Origin: Pseudomonadota bacterium
GTDB lineage: Bacteria; Pseudomonadota; Gammaproteobacteria; Burkholderiales; Burkholderiaceae_C
Reading direction: 5' to 3'
DNA length: 41,003 nt
Assembly (NCBI GenBank): GCA_018241905.1
Contig: JAFECZ010000001.1
Coordinates: 1 to 41,003, forward strand
A program made the translations under genes and the position numbers. The notes under the pieces are model-generated. The model was not told the DNA's origin and did no database searches. It was given only the letters and a program-made list of their open reading frames with translations. Below are positions 38,578 to 41,003 of this stretch, piece after piece; position 1 is the stretch's first letter; each line of letters starts with the position of its first letter.

Positions 38578-38898
38578 ATGGCATGGTTGATCCTGCTGCT
38601 TGCAGGCGCAGTCGAAATCGTGATGGCGGCCGCACTGAAGGCCGCCGACGGATGGAGCCGGCCAGTGCCGGGCGCCATCGGCATCGTGGCTGCGCTGGCC
38701 TCCATCTTCCTGTTGACGCATGCGATGAAGTCGCTGCCCGCCGGCACCGCCTATGCGGTGTGGACAGGCATCGGCGCCGTGGGCGTCACCCTGGTTGGCA
38801 TGGCGGTGCATGGCGACAGCGCCTCGCCCTTGCGCCTGCTGTGCGTGGGGCTGGTGGTGGCTGGGGTGATCGGTCTTCGGCTGGTCGAGGAGGTCTGA
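38578..38898 (+). CDS. SMR family efflux protein (Gdx/SugE-like)
   Basis: 106 aa, 4 TMs, E13, LPAGTAYAVWTGIG; AAGGAG SD. Confidence 0.88.
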   Translation: MAWLILLLAGAVEIVMAAALKAADGWSRPVPGAIGIVAALASIFLLTHAMKSLPAGTAYAVWTGIGAVGVTLVGMAVHGDSASPLRLLCVGLVVAGVIGLRLVEEV

Positions 38899-39037
38899 TG
38901 CGCGAACTGCGAACGGCACGGAGATGAAAAGCGCGGGCCCAGGACGCTGCTTCATCGACGCGACGGCCGCGCGAATCCGGGCCTGGGGAGGCGGCCGGCA
39001 GGCAGGGGGGCGCCGTTTGATGCCACACTCGCGCCCC

Positions 39038-41003
39038 ATGCGCCGCCTGCCTTTGCTCCTCGCCTTCCTTTTTCTCAGTGCCTGTGCCACGCTGGCCAGC
39101 CTGGGCAAGTTCGACGAACTCTTCGGTCCGTCGCAGCCCGCGCGCTTCGACCAGCCCAGGCCTCCGGCGCCCAACGACATCTCGTACACGCAGACCATCC
39201 AGCCCATCCTGGACAAGCGCTGCGTGGTCTGCCACGCCTGCTACGACGCGCCCTGCCAGCTCAAGGCGACCAGCTGGGAAGGCATTGCGCGCGGCGCCAG
39301 CAAGACGCGGGTGTACGACGCCACGCGACTGCTGGCGGCCGAGCCGTCGAGGCTCTATGAAGACGCGGACAAGGCATCGCAGTGGCGCGACAAGGGCTTC
39401 TTTCCGGTGCTGAACGAACACACCGACCAGACGCCGGAGGCCAACCGCACGGCGGGCCTGATGCACCGGCTGCTCATGCTCAAGCAGCAGCACCCCATGG
39501 CCACGAGCGGCACGGCGCCGGCCGAGCTGGACTTTTCCATCGACCGCCCGCAGACCTGCCCGGCCGGAGCGGAGGTCGAGAACTTCGAGCAGCGCAATCC
39601 GCAGGCCGGCATGCCCTTCGGTCTGCCGGGCCTCTCGCGCGCCGAGCATGAAACACTCACCCGCTGGCTGGAGCAGGGCGCGCCCGCCGAACCCGCCGGC
39701 CCGCCGTCGGCGCTGGCGCAGCAGCGCGTGGCACAGTGGGAGCGCTTTCTCAATGGCGACAGCCTCAAGGAACAGCTCTTCGCGCGCTACGCCTACGAGC
39801 ATCTCTTCCTGGCGCACCTGTACTTCGACGACGACAGGTCGCGCCAGTACTTCAAGCTGGTGCGCTCCAGCACGCCGGCCGGCCAGCCGGTGCGCCAGAT
39901 CGTTACCCGCCGCCCGGTGGACGACCCCGGGGCAGGGCGCGTGTACTACCGACTGGTGCCCGAGCGCGAGAGCATCGTGGCCAAGACCCACATGCCCTAC
40001 CGGCTCGATGCGGCGCGCATGGCGCGCTGGCGCTCGCTGTTCCTGCAGCCGGACTACGCCGTGCAAAGCCTGCCAGGCTACGACGCGCAGGATGCGGCCA
40101 ACCCCTTCAAGACCTTCGAGGCCCTGCCGGTGGCGGCGCGCTACAGCTTCATGCTGGACGAGGCCGAGTTCACCATCATGGGCTTCATCAAGGGCCCGGT
40201 GTGCCGCGGCCAGATGGCGCTGGACGTGATCGACGACCGCTTCTGGGTCTTCTTCCAGGCGCCCTCGAAAGGCTACGACGAATCCATGGCGCATCAGCTG
40301 GCCACCGAAGCCGACCTGCTGCGCCTGCCCACGGGCAACAGCAACACGGGCCTGCTGGCGCCCTGGGCGCGTTACGCCAATCTCGAGAAGGGCTATCTCG
40401 AAGCCAAGTCGAAGGCGCTGGCCCAGCGCGCGGCCAACGGCACCCGCGTGGACCTGGGACTAGTGTGGGACGGCGGGCGCGAGCGCAATCCGAATGCCGC
40501 GCTGACCGTGCTGCGCCACTTCGACAGCGCCAGCGTGGTCAAGGGCCTGGTGGGCGAAGAGCCGCCCAAGACCGCATGGGTCATCGGCTATCCCTTGCTT
40601 GAGCGCATCCACTACCTGCTGGTGGCGCTGTACGACGTGTACGGCAACGTCGGCCACCAGCTCAACTCGCGGCTTTACATGGACTTCCTGCGCATGGAAG
40701 GCGAGTTCAACTTCCTGATCCTGCTGCCCAAGGACCAGCGCGAAGCCGTGCGCGACACCTGGTATCGCGGCGACAGCCTCTCGACGCGCCAGCAGGTGTA
40801 TGGCGGCCCGGCGCACCTGGATGCCGACAGCAGCATCCGCTACCGCCATCCCCAGGACGCGAAGAACGAGTTGCTGGGCATGCTGGAGCGGCGCGTGGCG
40901 CCGCTGGCCGGCGCGCAATACCCCGATGTGCGGCGCGAGCCCGATGCCGCGCTGCGCAGCCAGCTCCTGCGACTTGCGCAGGTGCGCGGCGCGTCGCTCT
41001 CGT
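39038..41003 (+). CDS. cti: Fatty acid cis/trans isomerase (cytochrome c type), partial; not in the ORF track
   Basis: Manual translation: MRRLPLLLAFLFLSAC (lipobox) ... IQPILDKRCVVCHACYDAPCQLK (heme c CxxCH) ... FIKGPVCRGQMALDVIDDRFWVFF ... LRHFDSASVVKGLVG. Runs off the window. Confidence 0.88.
   Translation, partial: MRRLPLLLAFLFLSACATLASLGKFDELFGPSQPARFDQPRPPAPNDISYTQTIQPILDKRCVVCHACYDAPCQLKATSWEGIARGASKTRVYDATRLLAAEPSRLYEDADKASQWRDKGFFPVLNEHTDQTPEANRTAGLMHRLLMLKQQHPMATSGTAPAELDFSIDRPQTCPAGAEVENFEQRNPQAGMPFGLPGLSRAEHETLTRWLEQGAPAEPAGPPSALAQQRVAQWERFLNGDSLKEQLFARYAYEHLFLAHLYFDDDRSRQYFKLVRSSTPAGQPVRQIVTRRPVDDPGAGRVYYRLVPERESIVAKTHMPYRLDAARMARWRSLFLQPDYAVQSLPGYDAQDAANPFKTFEALPVAARYSFMLDEAEFTIMGFIKGPVCRGQMALDVIDDRFWVFFQAPSKGYDESMAHQLATEADLLRLPTGNSNTGLLAPWARYANLEKGYLEAKSKALAQRAANGTRVDLGLVWDGGRERNPNAALTVLRHFDSASVVKGLVGEEPPKTAWVIGYPLLERIHYLLVALYDVYGNVGHQLNSRLYMDFLRMEGEFNFLILLPKDQREAVRDTWYRGDSLSTRQQVYGGPAHLDADSSIRYRHPQDAKNELLGMLERRVAPLAGAQYPDVRREPDAALRSQLLRLAQVRGASLS

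Noticed and set aside
1-41003. CRISPR arrays, tRNA/rRNA genes, IS elements, integrases, prophage or anti-phage defence genes
   Set aside because: None recognised by eye. The vWA protein is secreted and sorted, with no MoxR ATPase, kinase or phosphatase neighbours, so it does not fit known cytoplasmic vWA systems.

Overview
High-GC (roughly 70% by eye, not computed) betaproteobacterial chromosome segment. Gene content and order point to Comamonadaceae near the replication origin (mnmG-rsmG-parA-parB with two parS sites). Left to right: (1) a sigma54-driven PotABCD-like ABC importer; (2) a GNAT and a degenerate GT51 transglycosylase-like protein, then a secreted M14 Zn-carboxypeptidase; (3) a three-gene operon (secreted VIT+vWA protein with a PEP-CTERM-like tail, its own exosortase, an EpsI-like partner) divergent from a class A PBP and followed by creC/creB; (4) cueR-copZ/copA; (5) SGNH lipoprotein, old-yellow-enzyme reductase, GST and DUF1328; (6) the gid/par operon; (7) an FAD-linked oxidase; (8) an aminobenzoyl-/salicylyl-CoA catabolic cluster; (9) a gene relic, PduO, HxlR-SMR, and a truncated fatty-acid cis/trans isomerase missing from the ORF track. 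Best candidate for an undescribed system: a perfect cre-tag (TTCAC-N6-TTCAC) lies upstream of the VIT-vWA/exosortase operon, with creBC 3-5 kb away and no creD in the window. This suggests a CreBC-controlled envelope-stress module that anchors a VIT-vWA protein via a dedicated exosortase, among peptidoglycan-related genes. All family calls come from motif recognition only; no database searches were run.
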